Origin: a virus
Lineage: Duplodnaviria > Caudoviricetes
IMG/VR virus record: IMGVR_UViG_3300042695_000536
Location: 8,285 to 72,284 of that record
DNA: 64,000 nt
Strand: one strand, 5' to 3'
A program made the translations under genes and the position numbers. The notes below the pieces were generated by a model, which saw only the letters and a list, made by a program, of their open reading frames with translations, was not told the origin of the DNA and did no database searches. Positions 45,256 to 54,530 of this stretch are shown here, one piece after another (positions within the stretch are counted from its first letter, which is position 1; each line of letters begins with the position of its first letter).

Positions 45256-45318
45256 TTTTGTCAGGTTGAGTGACAAAAAGCTGGACTTATGTATATAAGA
45301 ATGGTAAAATAATTAACT

Positions 45319-45663
45319 ATGGACATAAAAAGAATTAATGCTCAAATGAAATCTGGGGATACCAGATTGGGTGTTTATGTCTGGGAGATGCCAGATGGCA
45401 GATGGGTTGGAGATGAAGACAACAACTTCCTATCAATAGCATCAATGATTGGTAATAAAGAAAGAATTGCTCTGCTAGCATCAGCAGTTGCTCACTATGG
45501 AATTGACGTCGGCCAGCCTAAGTTTATTGAGGGAAGCAGACAAATTGACGACGAAGAGTTTGAGTATCAAAAGCAAAGATTAAGATGGGGACTTACTCCA
45601 GATCCTTTAGATATTAGTGTACATAAAGAAGAGATGGCTAAGCTGAATGGTGGTAAAAAATGA
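45319..45663 (+). CDS. Conserved hypothetical protein upstream of portal
   Basis: GVYVWEMPDG...EFEYQKQRL.WGLTPDP; extended -10 close upstream. Confidence 0.7.
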   Translation: MDIKRINAQMKSGDTRLGVYVWEMPDGRWVGDEDNNFLSIASMIGNKERIALLASAVAHYGIDVGQPKFIEGSRQIDDEEFEYQKQRLRWGLTPDPLDISVHKEEMAKLNGGKK

Positions 45664-47240
45664 TTGAGAATGAAGACGATATGCTTATTAATAACATAGA
45701 GGTTTCTAACGTGGCGGACTGGATGAGATTTAATAATCCAACCACTCAAAAATCAGACGATCTATTTGATATAGAGGGCGAAGATATTTTAAAGCTTTCA
45801 GGACTGGGAGCTTCATTTAGAAGAAAAGTTTCTAGAGATCTGCAAAAATCTTTTGTTGGAAAAGACGGCGCAGTAAGCCAGCAGCTTCAACATCAACAAG
45901 CAGTTAGCGGGTACGCTACGTTTGATCTAATTCAACCAGAATACAACTTAGATTATCTATCAACAATTTATGAAATTTCTCCATACAACTACGCTGCTAT
46001 AAATGCAAAGGTAGCAAACATAGTCGGTCTTGGATTTGATTTTATTGAATCAAAAAAGACAACGGATGCCTTAGATGAAATTAATGATGAAAAGCAATTA
46101 GAAAGAGCACGTAAGAAGCTGAATAGAATTAAGCAAGACTTGCATAAATGGCTTGAAGATTGTAACGAAGATGAAACTTTTAAAGAAACACTTATTAAGT
46201 TCTATACTGACGTAGAGGCTACTGGTAATGGCTATCTGGAGGTCGGTAGAACGACGGCTGGAAAGATTGGGTACATTGGCCACATACCCTCAAAGACAAT
46301 GCGTGTGAGACGCCTTAGAGACGGTTTTATACAGCTTCTTTACGGCAAGGCTGTATTCTTCAGAAACTTTGGGGATACAGAAACAATAAACCCTATAGCA
46401 GGACAAGAAGATAGACCTAACGAAATTATTCATTTAAAAAAGTACACCCCAAAAAATAACTATTATGGAATCCCAGATATAATTGCTGCACAAAATGCAA
46501 TGGCTGGAAACGAATTTGCTGGTAAATATAACTTAGATTATTTTGAAAATAAAGCGGTCCCTCGATACATTATTACAGTAAAGGGAGCAAAGCTTTCTCC
46601 AGAATCTGAAAGAAAATTGCTTGAATTTTTCCAGGTCGGATTAAAGGGAAAGAACCACAGATCTTTATATATACCACTTCCACCAGACTCCCCAGACTCA
46701 AAAACTGAATTTAAAATGGAGCCAATTGAAGCAGGGGCGCAAGAAGGCTCATTTGAAAAGTATAGGAATTCAAATAGAGATGAAATATTAATGGCTCACA
46801 GAGTACCAATTAATAAAATTGGCACCCCAGCAGGGATTAACTTGGCTGCAGCTAGAGACGCAGATAAGACATTTAAAGAGCAAGTTTGTCTTCCAGCACA
46901 GCAAAATCTAGAAAAAAAGCTAAGTAAAATAATTCAAGAAATGACTGATGCAATGGATCTAAAGTTCAATGAACTTTCTCTAACAGATGCAGATACTCAG
47001 TCTAAAATAGATGAAAGATATCTTAGATTCCAGGTAATTACTCCAAATGAAATTAGAGTAAGAATGGGAATGGTCCCACGAGAAGGTGGAGATGTCCCAG
47101 TAGACCTTGCAGCCCAGGCAGCCGAAATTAAGGCTCAGGCTACTCAAAGTAGAACTCGTGACCAAGAGAGATCAGCAAATTCCCCAGATAAATCTGGGGA
47201 GGGCAGAAATGCAAAAGGAGATGGAAGACAAGTCAACTAG
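45660..47240 (+). CDS. Portal protein (PBSX/HK97-like)
   Basis: TGNGYLE...NEIIH.K......YYGIPD...YFENKAVP...RDEILMAHRVP...TPNEIR..MG. Confidence 0.9.
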   Translation: MIENEDDMLINNIEVSNVADWMRFNNPTTQKSDDLFDIEGEDILKLSGLGASFRRKVSRDLQKSFVGKDGAVSQQLQHQQAVSGYATFDLIQPEYNLDYLSTIYEISPYNYAAINAKVANIVGLGFDFIESKKTTDALDEINDEKQLERARKKLNRIKQDLHKWLEDCNEDETFKETLIKFYTDVEATGNGYLEVGRTTAGKIGYIGHIPSKTMRVRRLRDGFIQLLYGKAVFFRNFGDTETINPIAGQEDRPNEIIHLKKYTPKNNYYGIPDIIAAQNAMAGNEFAGKYNLDYFENKAVPRYIITVKGAKLSPESERKLLEFFQVGLKGKNHRSLYIPLPPDSPDSKTEFKMEPIEAGAQEGSFEKYRNSNRDEILMAHRVPINKIGTPAGINLAAARDADKTFKEQVCLPAQQNLEKKLSKIIQEMTDAMDLKFNELSLTDADTQSKIDERYLRFQVITPNEIRVRMGMVPREGGDVPVDLAAQAAEIKAQATQSRTRDQERSANSPDKSGEGRNAKGDGRQVN

Positions 47241-47296
47241 TCCTACTCAACTACTTATTTGCCTTTTGATACAACAATCTCTATAATATATAACAT

Positions 47297-48616
47297 ATGA
47301 TCATAGAAAAGTCACATTGGTCTTCTAATGGAAATGCTATTAATTTATCAGTTCCATTTACGAAGGTCAATAGAGAAAAAAGAACAGTCTCAGGATTCGC
47401 AACACTAGATAACCTGGATCAGACTGGTGATGTCGTTACTCAAGAAGCTAGCATGAAAGCATTTGAAAGCTTTAGAGGTAATCTAAGAGAAATGCATCAG
47501 CCACTTGCAGTAGGCAAGGTGGCATCATTTAGACCAGAAACTTTTTATGACCCTGCAACAAAAGAATTTTACAATGGTGTTTACGTTGATGCATACATTT
47601 CTAAGGGCGCTCAAGATACTTGGGAAAAGGTTCTAGACGGAACACTAACAGGATTTTCCATCGGCGGAAAGATTATTGAATCAGATAACGAAGTAAACAA
47701 ATCAACAGGAGCATCAGTAAGGTTTATTAAAGACTATGCACTAGTTGAACTATCAATCGTTGATTCACCAGCAAATGAACTATGTAACATTTTATCTATT
47801 GAAAAAGTAAATGGACAAATGATTTTTAAAGGCATCGCAGCAGATGTTAAAATGGAAAATATTTTTTATTGTGCAGAAAGTGATTCTGTATTTATGTCAA
47901 CAGAATCAGAATACATATCTCCAGTTACTGGTAAAAAAACAGAACTCATTGGATGGGTAGAATCAAACGACGTAAACAAAGGAAAAGAAATAGAGAAGAT
48001 TCTTGATTCACGTAGATCAAGATTGCAAACATTGCCTGAAACACAAAATATAAATACGGCAATTGCAGAAGGAGGAAATGAAGTGGAAAAGCTTAATGTA
48101 ACAGAAGCAACTCCAGTAGTAGAAGAAGCAGTAGCTCCAGAAGCACCTGCAGAAATTATTGAAGAAGTTGCCCCAGTAGAACAAGATTCTGCTGAAATTG
48201 TAGCTGAAGTAACTTCTGCCGAAGTTCTGGAAAAATCAGCAGAACTAACAGCTCAGGAAACACCTGACTTTGTTAAAATGCTAGGCGACCTTAAAGGTTT
48301 CTTCTCAGAGACTTTGGAAAAGGCCTCTGAGGCAAACGCTGCTCAGGTTTCAACAATCAAGGAGACAGTCGAAGCTTTTAGCAAGAATGTCGATTTGAGA
48401 ATTTCAGAATTAGCAGAAAAGCACACAGAGCTCTCAACAGCAGTTGATTCAATCAAGTCCATCATGGACACAGTTGAAAAAAGAGTAGACGCAGTAGAAT
48501 CAGACACTGCAATCAAGAAGTCCTCTGACCTTGGCGGGTCAGTTGGAGTAACAACAATCAAAAAATCAAAATGGAACGGCACTTTCCTCGGTTCCGTTAG
48601 CGAATTAACAAAATAA
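47297..48616 (+). CDS. Prohead protease fused to scaffold
   Basis: V.GFAT....DQTGD...REMH...GFSIGG...ELSIVDSPAN; acidic coiled-coil C-terminus. Confidence 0.85.
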   Translation: MIIEKSHWSSNGNAINLSVPFTKVNREKRTVSGFATLDNLDQTGDVVTQEASMKAFESFRGNLREMHQPLAVGKVASFRPETFYDPATKEFYNGVYVDAYISKGAQDTWEKVLDGTLTGFSIGGKIIESDNEVNKSTGASVRFIKDYALVELSIVDSPANELCNILSIEKVNGQMIFKGIAADVKMENIFYCAESDSVFMSTESEYISPVTGKKTELIGWVESNDVNKGKEIEKILDSRRSRLQTLPETQNINTAIAEGGNEVEKLNVTEATPVVEEAVAPEAPAEIIEEVAPVEQDSAEIVAEVTSAEVLEKSAELTAQETPDFVKMLGDLKGFFSETLEKASEANAAQVSTIKETVEAFSKNVDLRISELAEKHTELSTAVDSIKSIMDTVEKRVDAVESDTAIKKSSDLGGSVGVTTIKKSKWNGTFLGSVSELTK

Positions 48617-48634
48617 GGGTATGGTGAAAAACTA

Positions 48635-49684
48635 ATGAGTAATGAACTATTAGCAAAAGCAGCTGAAGTCGGTACAACAGTAACAACTGGAATGACTGGT
48701 TCAGCAAACCCTACCGACGGAATTCACGTAGGTTCCGAGGGTAAGGGAGGCTTGCTCAATCCTGAGCAATCCGCAAGATTCCTCGATTACATGTTCGATG
48801 CAACAGTAATCGGTAAAGTAGCACGTACAGTTCGAATGAGAGCTGACACTACAGAGATTGATCGTATTGGCGTCGGTGAGAAGCTCATGAAGCTTGCAGC
48901 TGAAGCAGAGAACACTGGCTCAAATGCAGCTGTACAGTTCTCAAAGATTTCTCTCACAACAAAGAAGCTTCGTCTAGATTGGGAACTTTCAACTGAGTCT
49001 CTAGAAGACAATATTGAAGGTGCAGATCTAGAAGATCACATTGCAAGACTTATGGCAACACAGGCTGGTAACGACCTTGAGGACGTAGTCCTTAACGGTA
49101 ATACAGCTCTAACTGGAGATGCACTTTATAAGTCATTCGACGGTGTTGTTAAGATTGCAAAGGCAAACGGCCACGTAGTAGCTGGAGCGGGTGCAGTAAT
49201 TTCCCGTGACATCTTCAATAAGGCTCTTAAGGCAATGCCACGTAAGTACAAGCAGCGTCGTCCAGACCTACGCTTCCTTGCAGGCTCAAACCTAATTCAA
49301 GACTACTTGTACTCAACATCACAGAACATCCAGAACGTCAACCCACAAGATATTGCTTCAAGCATTATCCGTGGTGACCAGGGTGGTCTAGGTGGTCCAG
49401 CAGGGTATGTAGCACCATTCGCATTTGGTATTCCAATTGTTGAAGTTCCGCTACTAAAAGAAACTCAGACTGGTTCATATGCAACACCAACAGGAGAGCA
49501 CGGAGACGTCCACTTGACATTCCCAAATAACGTTGTTATTGGTATCAAGCGTGATGTAACTGTTTACCGCTTCTTCTGGCCAAAGAAGGACTCAATCGAA
49601 TATACAATGTATACTCGTGTTGGTACCCAAATTGAGCAGGCAGATGCATGGGTAGTCGTAAAAGACGTTAAGGTTGCTTCTTAA
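48635..49684 (+). CDS. Major capsid protein (HK97 fold)
   Basis: GGLLNPEQS.RF...LEDNIEG..LE...DLE....NG; follows protease, precedes terminator. Confidence 0.9.
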   Translation: MSNELLAKAAEVGTTVTTGMTGSANPTDGIHVGSEGKGGLLNPEQSARFLDYMFDATVIGKVARTVRMRADTTEIDRIGVGEKLMKLAAEAENTGSNAAVQFSKISLTTKKLRLDWELSTESLEDNIEGADLEDHIARLMATQAGNDLEDVVLNGNTALTGDALYKSFDGVVKIAKANGHVVAGAGAVISRDIFNKALKAMPRKYKQRRPDLRFLAGSNLIQDYLYSTSQNIQNVNPQDIASSIIRGDQGGLGGPAGYVAPFAFGIPIVEVPLLKETQTGSYATPTGEHGDVHLTFPNNVVIGIKRDVTVYRFFWPKKDSIEYTMYTRVGTQIEQADAWVVVKDVKVAS

Positions 49685-49706
49685 TTTAAGAAATAACTTG
49701 CTGGAA

Positions 49707-49735
49707 AGGCCCCCAATTAATTTTGGGGGCTTTTC
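49707..49735 (+). terminator. Intrinsic terminator
   Basis: AAGGCCCCCAA...TTGGGGGCTTTT. Confidence 0.8.
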
Positions 49736-49784
49736 ATTTTAATTTTCTAGTGCTATAATTTATATACATACCAAAGGAGTATAT

Positions 49785-50183
49785 ATGTCATTTGACACAC
49801 TTAAGGTCAAGGATCTAAAGACATTAGCAGCAAACTTTGCAGTTGATGTCGATGGACTAAAAAATAAAGCAGATGTAATTGCGGCACTTGCAGAAGAGGG
49901 AGTTACTTGGTCAGTTTACCAAGGAACACTCAAGAATATTGAAAGCGCAAAAGAAGATGCAGATGAGATTCTTCCTAGACTGGATCCAAATCAAAAACTT
50001 GATGAAGATATGATTCTAGTAAAGATGGACAGACCAAATGCTAGATATGATGCCCTAGGCTTCACATTTACAAGAGATCATCCATTTGTAGCAATGAAGC
50101 CCGATGTGGCGCAAGAAATTTTTGATAAGGAGGAAGGGTTTAGACTAGCTACCCCTAGAGAAGTACAGGAGTACTACAACTAA
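49785..50183 (+). CDS. Head-associated protein with Rho-N/HeH-like N-terminus
   Basis: LKVKDLKTLA...LKNKADVIAAL. Confidence 0.6.
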   Translation: MSFDTLKVKDLKTLAANFAVDVDGLKNKADVIAALAEEGVTWSVYQGTLKNIESAKEDADEILPRLDPNQKLDEDMILVKMDRPNARYDALGFTFTRDHPFVAMKPDVAQEIFDKEEGFRLATPREVQEYYN

Positions 50184-50192
50184 GCCTAACAA

Positions 50193-51176
50193 ATGGCAGA
50201 GATATATGTAAACACAAGCACACCTGCAACAACAAAGATTTATGTAAAGGGTGAGGCTGTAACACCTAGCTCTCCAGTAACTGTCAAAGTTTATGACATA
50301 ACTGGCGATCCAGTTATATCTCCACCAATTAATTCAACATCAATACTTACAACTCTTACGGCGGAGCAAAGCGAAGTTGATATAGGGTCATACAAAGTTT
50401 ATCTACCTATCTCGTACACAGCAAGATCAAGAAAGTTCAAGTTGGTATGGGAATGGCAATATGAAGGATCTTCTTATTCTAATACAACTATGCTTGATAT
50501 TGTAACACCTTATGTAGATATACAGGAGGCTGCACAAGAAATGGGATTGGGATCAGATTCAAATGATCCAAACCATAAGACATATCAAGAGCTCAAGCTT
50601 GCTGAAAGATATGCAAGAAATATAATTGATGGGTACACTGGTCAAAAATTTTTCCTACACGATGGTTATTTTTCTTCAGTAGGAAATGATTCTGACACTA
50701 TGCCTCTTACTAAAAAGGTAAATAGATTGCATACTCTTCACGCAAATGATCAGATCCTTATCGATAATTTAAATGAAGTTAACAACCTAGGCCTTACTAT
50801 TGATATCACGCCAAGCGGCTTTGGATTAAAGGTAAACATAGCGTCTATTTTAGACAATGATGTTTATATATCTAACGGAATGGTCCCTCCATCAATTCAC
50901 GACTCTTCTCCAGATATATTTAGAAGGTCTAAGAATTATAAAGTCTACGCTAGATTTGGTTGGGAGTATGTTCCAAATGAGGTTCGTGACGCAGCTGTAG
51001 AAATAATGAAGATGTACTTTGCAAAAGATCGTGTTTGGAAAGACAGATATGTTAAAAAGGTTTCCACAACAGATTGGGATTTTGAATATTCTTCAGAAGC
51101 ATTTAGTGGAACTGGCTCCTCATATGCAGACAAGCTACTTGCAGACTATGTAATAACACAAATGGTTCTGGTGTAA
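50193..51176 (+). CDS. Head-tail adaptor
   Basis: A..IIDGYTGQKF...FGWEYVPNEVRDAA; synteny. Confidence 0.7.
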   Translation: MAEIYVNTSTPATTKIYVKGEAVTPSSPVTVKVYDITGDPVISPPINSTSILTTLTAEQSEVDIGSYKVYLPISYTARSRKFKLVWEWQYEGSSYSNTTMLDIVTPYVDIQEAAQEMGLGSDSNDPNHKTYQELKLAERYARNIIDGYTGQKFFLHDGYFSSVGNDSDTMPLTKKVNRLHTLHANDQILIDNLNEVNNLGLTIDITPSGFGLKVNIASILDNDVYISNGMVPPSIHDSSPDIFRRSKNYKVYARFGWEYVPNEVRDAAVEIMKMYFAKDRVWKDRYVKKVSTTDWDFEYSSEAFSGTGSSYADKLLADYVITQMVLV

Positions 51177-51601
51177 TGTTTGATTTAGTAGACGGCCTCA
51201 TGACAATGAAGATGGACGTATATCGACAAACTGAGCAGCAGGATAAAGATACTGGTGCAATGATAAGAGAGTTTTCTTTTATAAAAACAATTGATTGCTA
51301 TGCTAGAGGAGTAATTACCGAAAGCAGAAATAGGTCTAACGATAGTCAGAAGTTTTCAAATAAGTATTCAAATAACCAGTATATTGAGGCTAGAACATCT
51401 GACAGATTAACTGCAAGAGATAAAGTTAAAAACATTAGGGATGTAAATGGAAAGCCTATCTGGTATGAGTTAAACTATCCAAGCGATACAGATACAGTTT
51501 TTGATGTTGTTGGAACTACACCAATATCAGATCCATTTGGAAATGTTGTAGGATATAACTCTTCATTGCAAAGAGCGGAGAATCAGCAAATTGGCGTCTG
51601 A
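51176..51601 (+). CDS. Head closure protein
   Basis: Synteny and size. Confidence 0.6.
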   Translation: MFDLVDGLMTMKMDVYRQTEQQDKDTGAMIREFSFIKTIDCYARGVITESRNRSNDSQKFSNKYSNNQYIEARTSDRLTARDKVKNIRDVNGKPIWYELNYPSDTDTVFDVVGTTPISDPFGNVVGYNSSLQRAENQQIGV

Positions 51602-52382
51602 AATTTTAGCGATTAAGGCAGCAAGCGGATTAGTTAATTTAATGACTAATAAGCCAGTAAGTGGTGCAATAAAAGATAGTACAGTTGCACAAATATCTGC
51701 TGCATTGTTCTATAAAACAAATGTAATGGCTAAACTAGCTGCCAATCCGCAATTCCAATCAGCATTTAGAAGCGTAATCTTTGATCAACTTCAAGTTGAT
51801 TTTGGAGACTATATTGATGCAAAAGCAAGAACATCTCCAAAGTCTTTTCACCATGTTTACGAATGGGGAAGAGTGGGAGATAGCGAGGCAAGACTATTTA
51901 AATTAAATAAGCTTCCTGCAGATGGACTATCATTAAAAATTAATTACGAACTAACTGACTCAAAGTCTTTTGTACCATCTGAAAACTCTAACAATAAACA
52001 CGTCTTTGTAAAAAAAGCTTCTGTTATGGAAGAGGGAAAGACTGTAGTCATAAGGCCAAGATTTTCTGAAAGGCTGGTATTTGATGTAGACGGATACACA
52101 ATATTTATGCCAAAAGGCGAATCCGTTACTGTTAGAAAACCAGGAGGGGCGGCAACCAAAAACGCCTTCTTTGCACAGTATAGATATTTCTTTACTGGAC
52201 AGCTAGTCAATATGTCTATAAAAAAATCGGGATTCCAGAGATTATTTAATTCATCATTGTCTAGAGCGCTAGGTGTACCAGCACAAGTTAAATCAGTTAA
52301 ATATAGTTTCTCACCAAATCAATTGGCAAGTGAAGCTGAGGCTGCAACATCAGCAGAATTTGCGAGGTTAGCACATGGCTAA
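51591..52382 (+). CDS. Neck/tail completion protein
   Basis: Synteny; HHVYEW motif. Confidence 0.55.
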   Translation: MASEILAIKAASGLVNLMTNKPVSGAIKDSTVAQISAALFYKTNVMAKLAANPQFQSAFRSVIFDQLQVDFGDYIDAKARTSPKSFHHVYEWGRVGDSEARLFKLNKLPADGLSLKINYELTDSKSFVPSENSNNKHVFVKKASVMEEGKTVVIRPRFSERLVFDVDGYTIFMPKGESVTVRKPGGAATKNAFFAQYRYFFTGQLVNMSIKKSGFQRLFNSSLSRALGVPAQVKSVKYSFSPNQLASEAEAATSAEFARLAHG

Positions 52383-52884
52383 TTATAAATTAGATGCAAT
52401 GTTTGAAATAAGAAAGTTCCTATGGAGCAGACTTACAGCACTTAATATATTCAATCAAGAAGACTACTACTCAGACAATCTAAATGAGACACTTGTCCCA
52501 ATTGTTCCAGTCCAGCAACAGCCAGAGATGAATCAGTTCTTGAGCGGAAAGAAGCACATAGTCTACGATAAGATAGGAATGTCTTATGAGAACAACTGGA
52601 TGATATGCTGCGAACAGATTCTATTAACCCTATATTCACCAGATCTCCTTGATATTGTTGAGATAAGAAACTTCCTAACTGATGAGTTTAGAAGAATGGA
52701 TGAGTCTGCAAGGGATGTCAATAAATGGGCGGGGTTATCAGATAAATTCAAGTTTCATAGTATCCACATAGCAGACATATCATCTACAGCCCCATCAGAA
52801 GAAATCCAAGGATTCTATGCAGCAGATGTCATATTAGAGGTCAAATATTCAAGGATAACAAATGGCCAGGGCAGGTTTGCCTAA
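52375..52884 (+). CDS. Tail terminator
   Basis: Synteny, directly before major tail gene. Confidence 0.6.
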   Translation: MANYKLDAMFEIRKFLWSRLTALNIFNQEDYYSDNLNETLVPIVPVQQQPEMNQFLSGKKHIVYDKIGMSYENNWMICCEQILLTLYSPDLLDIVEIRNFLTDEFRRMDESARDVNKWAGLSDKFKFHSIHIADISSTAPSEEIQGFYAADVILEVKYSRITNGQGRFA

Positions 52885-52987
52885 TTTGCCTTTTATAATA
52901 TAGTAGAGTAAAATTAGAACAGAGGAAAGGGCCTAGCCAGCCAAAATATATATATTAATTTCATATGAAATCAGGAGGCAATACATC

Positions 52988-53755
52988 ATGGCATATCAAA
53001 ATACAGGAGACGCCCGCAACATTCTTGTTGGAGCATCACCACTATTTTTATCAGTAGAAGATTCAACTGTAGATGGTTACGATAACAGCATGGAAGCAGG
53101 GGCAACCCCAGAAAACGCTTTTGTTGCAAACAAAAACCGTTTCGTACCAGCATTTTTGGCAGGAGAGTCTTATACTACAACATTAAACAAAGTTCTAACA
53201 ACAACAGGTGCTACACAAACAGCAACACCTTCAGAATCAACACCAAAGATTGGTGGAGCTTATCGTAACGTAGGTTACACAAATAACGGTCTTCAGATCA
53301 GTTATCAGCCAACATTCGATTCAGTAACTGTAGACCAGTTGCTAGATACAGCTAAGCTTTTCAAGTCTGCTATGCAGGTTCAAATTTCAACAGAAATGGC
53401 AGAAGGCACACTAGAGAATATCCTAGCAGTATTTGGACAAAAGGGATCAACCCTAGCAAAGGGTGCTGAGATTGACGTACTAGGTTTGGAAGCAGGTGCA
53501 CTAGGTGCAGCTCCAACAGAGCGTCAGCTAATTGCAGTTGGACAGGCTCCAACAAGAGATGATTCAGGTGCTAATATCACATCAGAGCGTGTATACTATG
53601 CACGTCGTGTTTTGTCTGTTGAGCAGTCACAGTTCTCTTTGGCTCGTACAGCAGCAACAACATTCCCAGTGACATTCCGTCTTCTCCCATCAGGTGAAGC
53701 AAGTCACACTGGTTCAGAGTACGGTAAAATTATTGACCGTGTTCTATCAGCTTAA
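52988..53755 (+). CDS. Major tail protein
   Basis: NILVGA..LF...VGYTNNGL.I.Y.P......VDQLLD...FPVTFRLLP; strong RBS and terminator. Confidence 0.8.
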   Translation: MAYQNTGDARNILVGASPLFLSVEDSTVDGYDNSMEAGATPENAFVANKNRFVPAFLAGESYTTTLNKVLTTTGATQTATPSESTPKIGGAYRNVGYTNNGLQISYQPTFDSVTVDQLLDTAKLFKSAMQVQISTEMAEGTLENILAVFGQKGSTLAKGAEIDVLGLEAGALGAAPTERQLIAVGQAPTRDDSGANITSERVYYARRVLSVEQSQFSLARTAATTFPVTFRLLPSGEASHTGSEYGKIIDRVLSA

Positions 53756-53776
53756 TTATATTAATAATTAATATCA

Positions 53777-53803
53777 AAGCCCCCAAGAAATTGGGGGCTT
53801 TGC
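53777..53803 (+). terminator. Intrinsic terminator
   Basis: AAAGCCCCCAA-GAAA-TTGGGGGCTTT. Confidence 0.8.
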
Positions 53804-53862
53804 TGTTGTACCCTTACAATGGTTATGCTATAATAATTTAGACGATCCTTAAGGAGGATACA

Positions 53863-54195
53863 ATGGCAACAACAGTATATGACGTAGAAGAGATTGAACT
53901 ACAAAGCGGAGCTAAAGTAAAGCTCAAGCCATTATCAATCAAGCAACTACGAAAGTTTATGGAAGTAATTAAGAAAGTTCAAGATGCAGAAGATGAAGCT
54001 GCAACACTTGGTATTTTGGTAGAAGCATGCGGAGTTGCAATAGAAACTCAGCTACCAGATCTAGTTGCAGACCTAGACAAGCTAGAAGAAGCATTAGACG
54101 TTCCAACAATTAACCGCATCCTTGAAGTTTGCGGAGGAATTAAGATGGACGACCCAAACCTGATAGCGGCAGCAGTACTGGCTGGTCAGAACTAG
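53863..54195 (+). CDS. Tail assembly chaperone (G)
   Basis: Between major tail and tape measure; in-frame slippery C CCA AAC at 54153-54159. Confidence 0.8.
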   Translation: MATTVYDVEEIELQSGAKVKLKPLSIKQLRKFMEVIKKVQDAEDEAATLGILVEACGVAIETQLPDLVADLDKLEEALDVPTINRILEVCGGIKMDDPNLIAAAVLAGQN

Positions 54196-54530
54196 ATTTA
54201 GCCGCTTTAGAAGGCCAAGTTTTTCTTCTGGGACACTGGAAGAATTATGAAGAGCTAGAAGAAAATTTATCGATGCCAGAGTTGGTTCAAACCATAACAG
54301 CGATAAACCTAAAAGAGCACAACCAAAGAAAGTTTGCAGCATCACTAAAAGGAATACAATTAGATGATGATGTAGAAGAAGAAAAAAAAGGTTCTACCTT
54401 TGAAGATATCCAAAGAAGAGCACTTGGTATAACGGCATCAGCAGATGATGTTGTTGGATTACAAGGGCCATTCGCAGCACAAGCTGGATTTGGAATTGGC
54501 GCAGGGTTAGGATATTCTAGGAGTAATTAA
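54153..54530 (+). CDS. Tail assembly chaperone -1 frameshift extension (GT)
   Basis: -1 frame is open from the slippery site through WSELDLAALEGQVFLLG... into the 54273..54530 ORF. Confidence 0.75.
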   Translation, partial: PKPDSGSSTGWSELDLAALEGQVFLLGHWKNYEELEENLSMPELVQTITAINLKEHNQRKFAASLKGIQLDDDVEEEKKGSTFEDIQRRALGITASADDVVGLQGPFAAQAGFGIGAGLGYSRSN

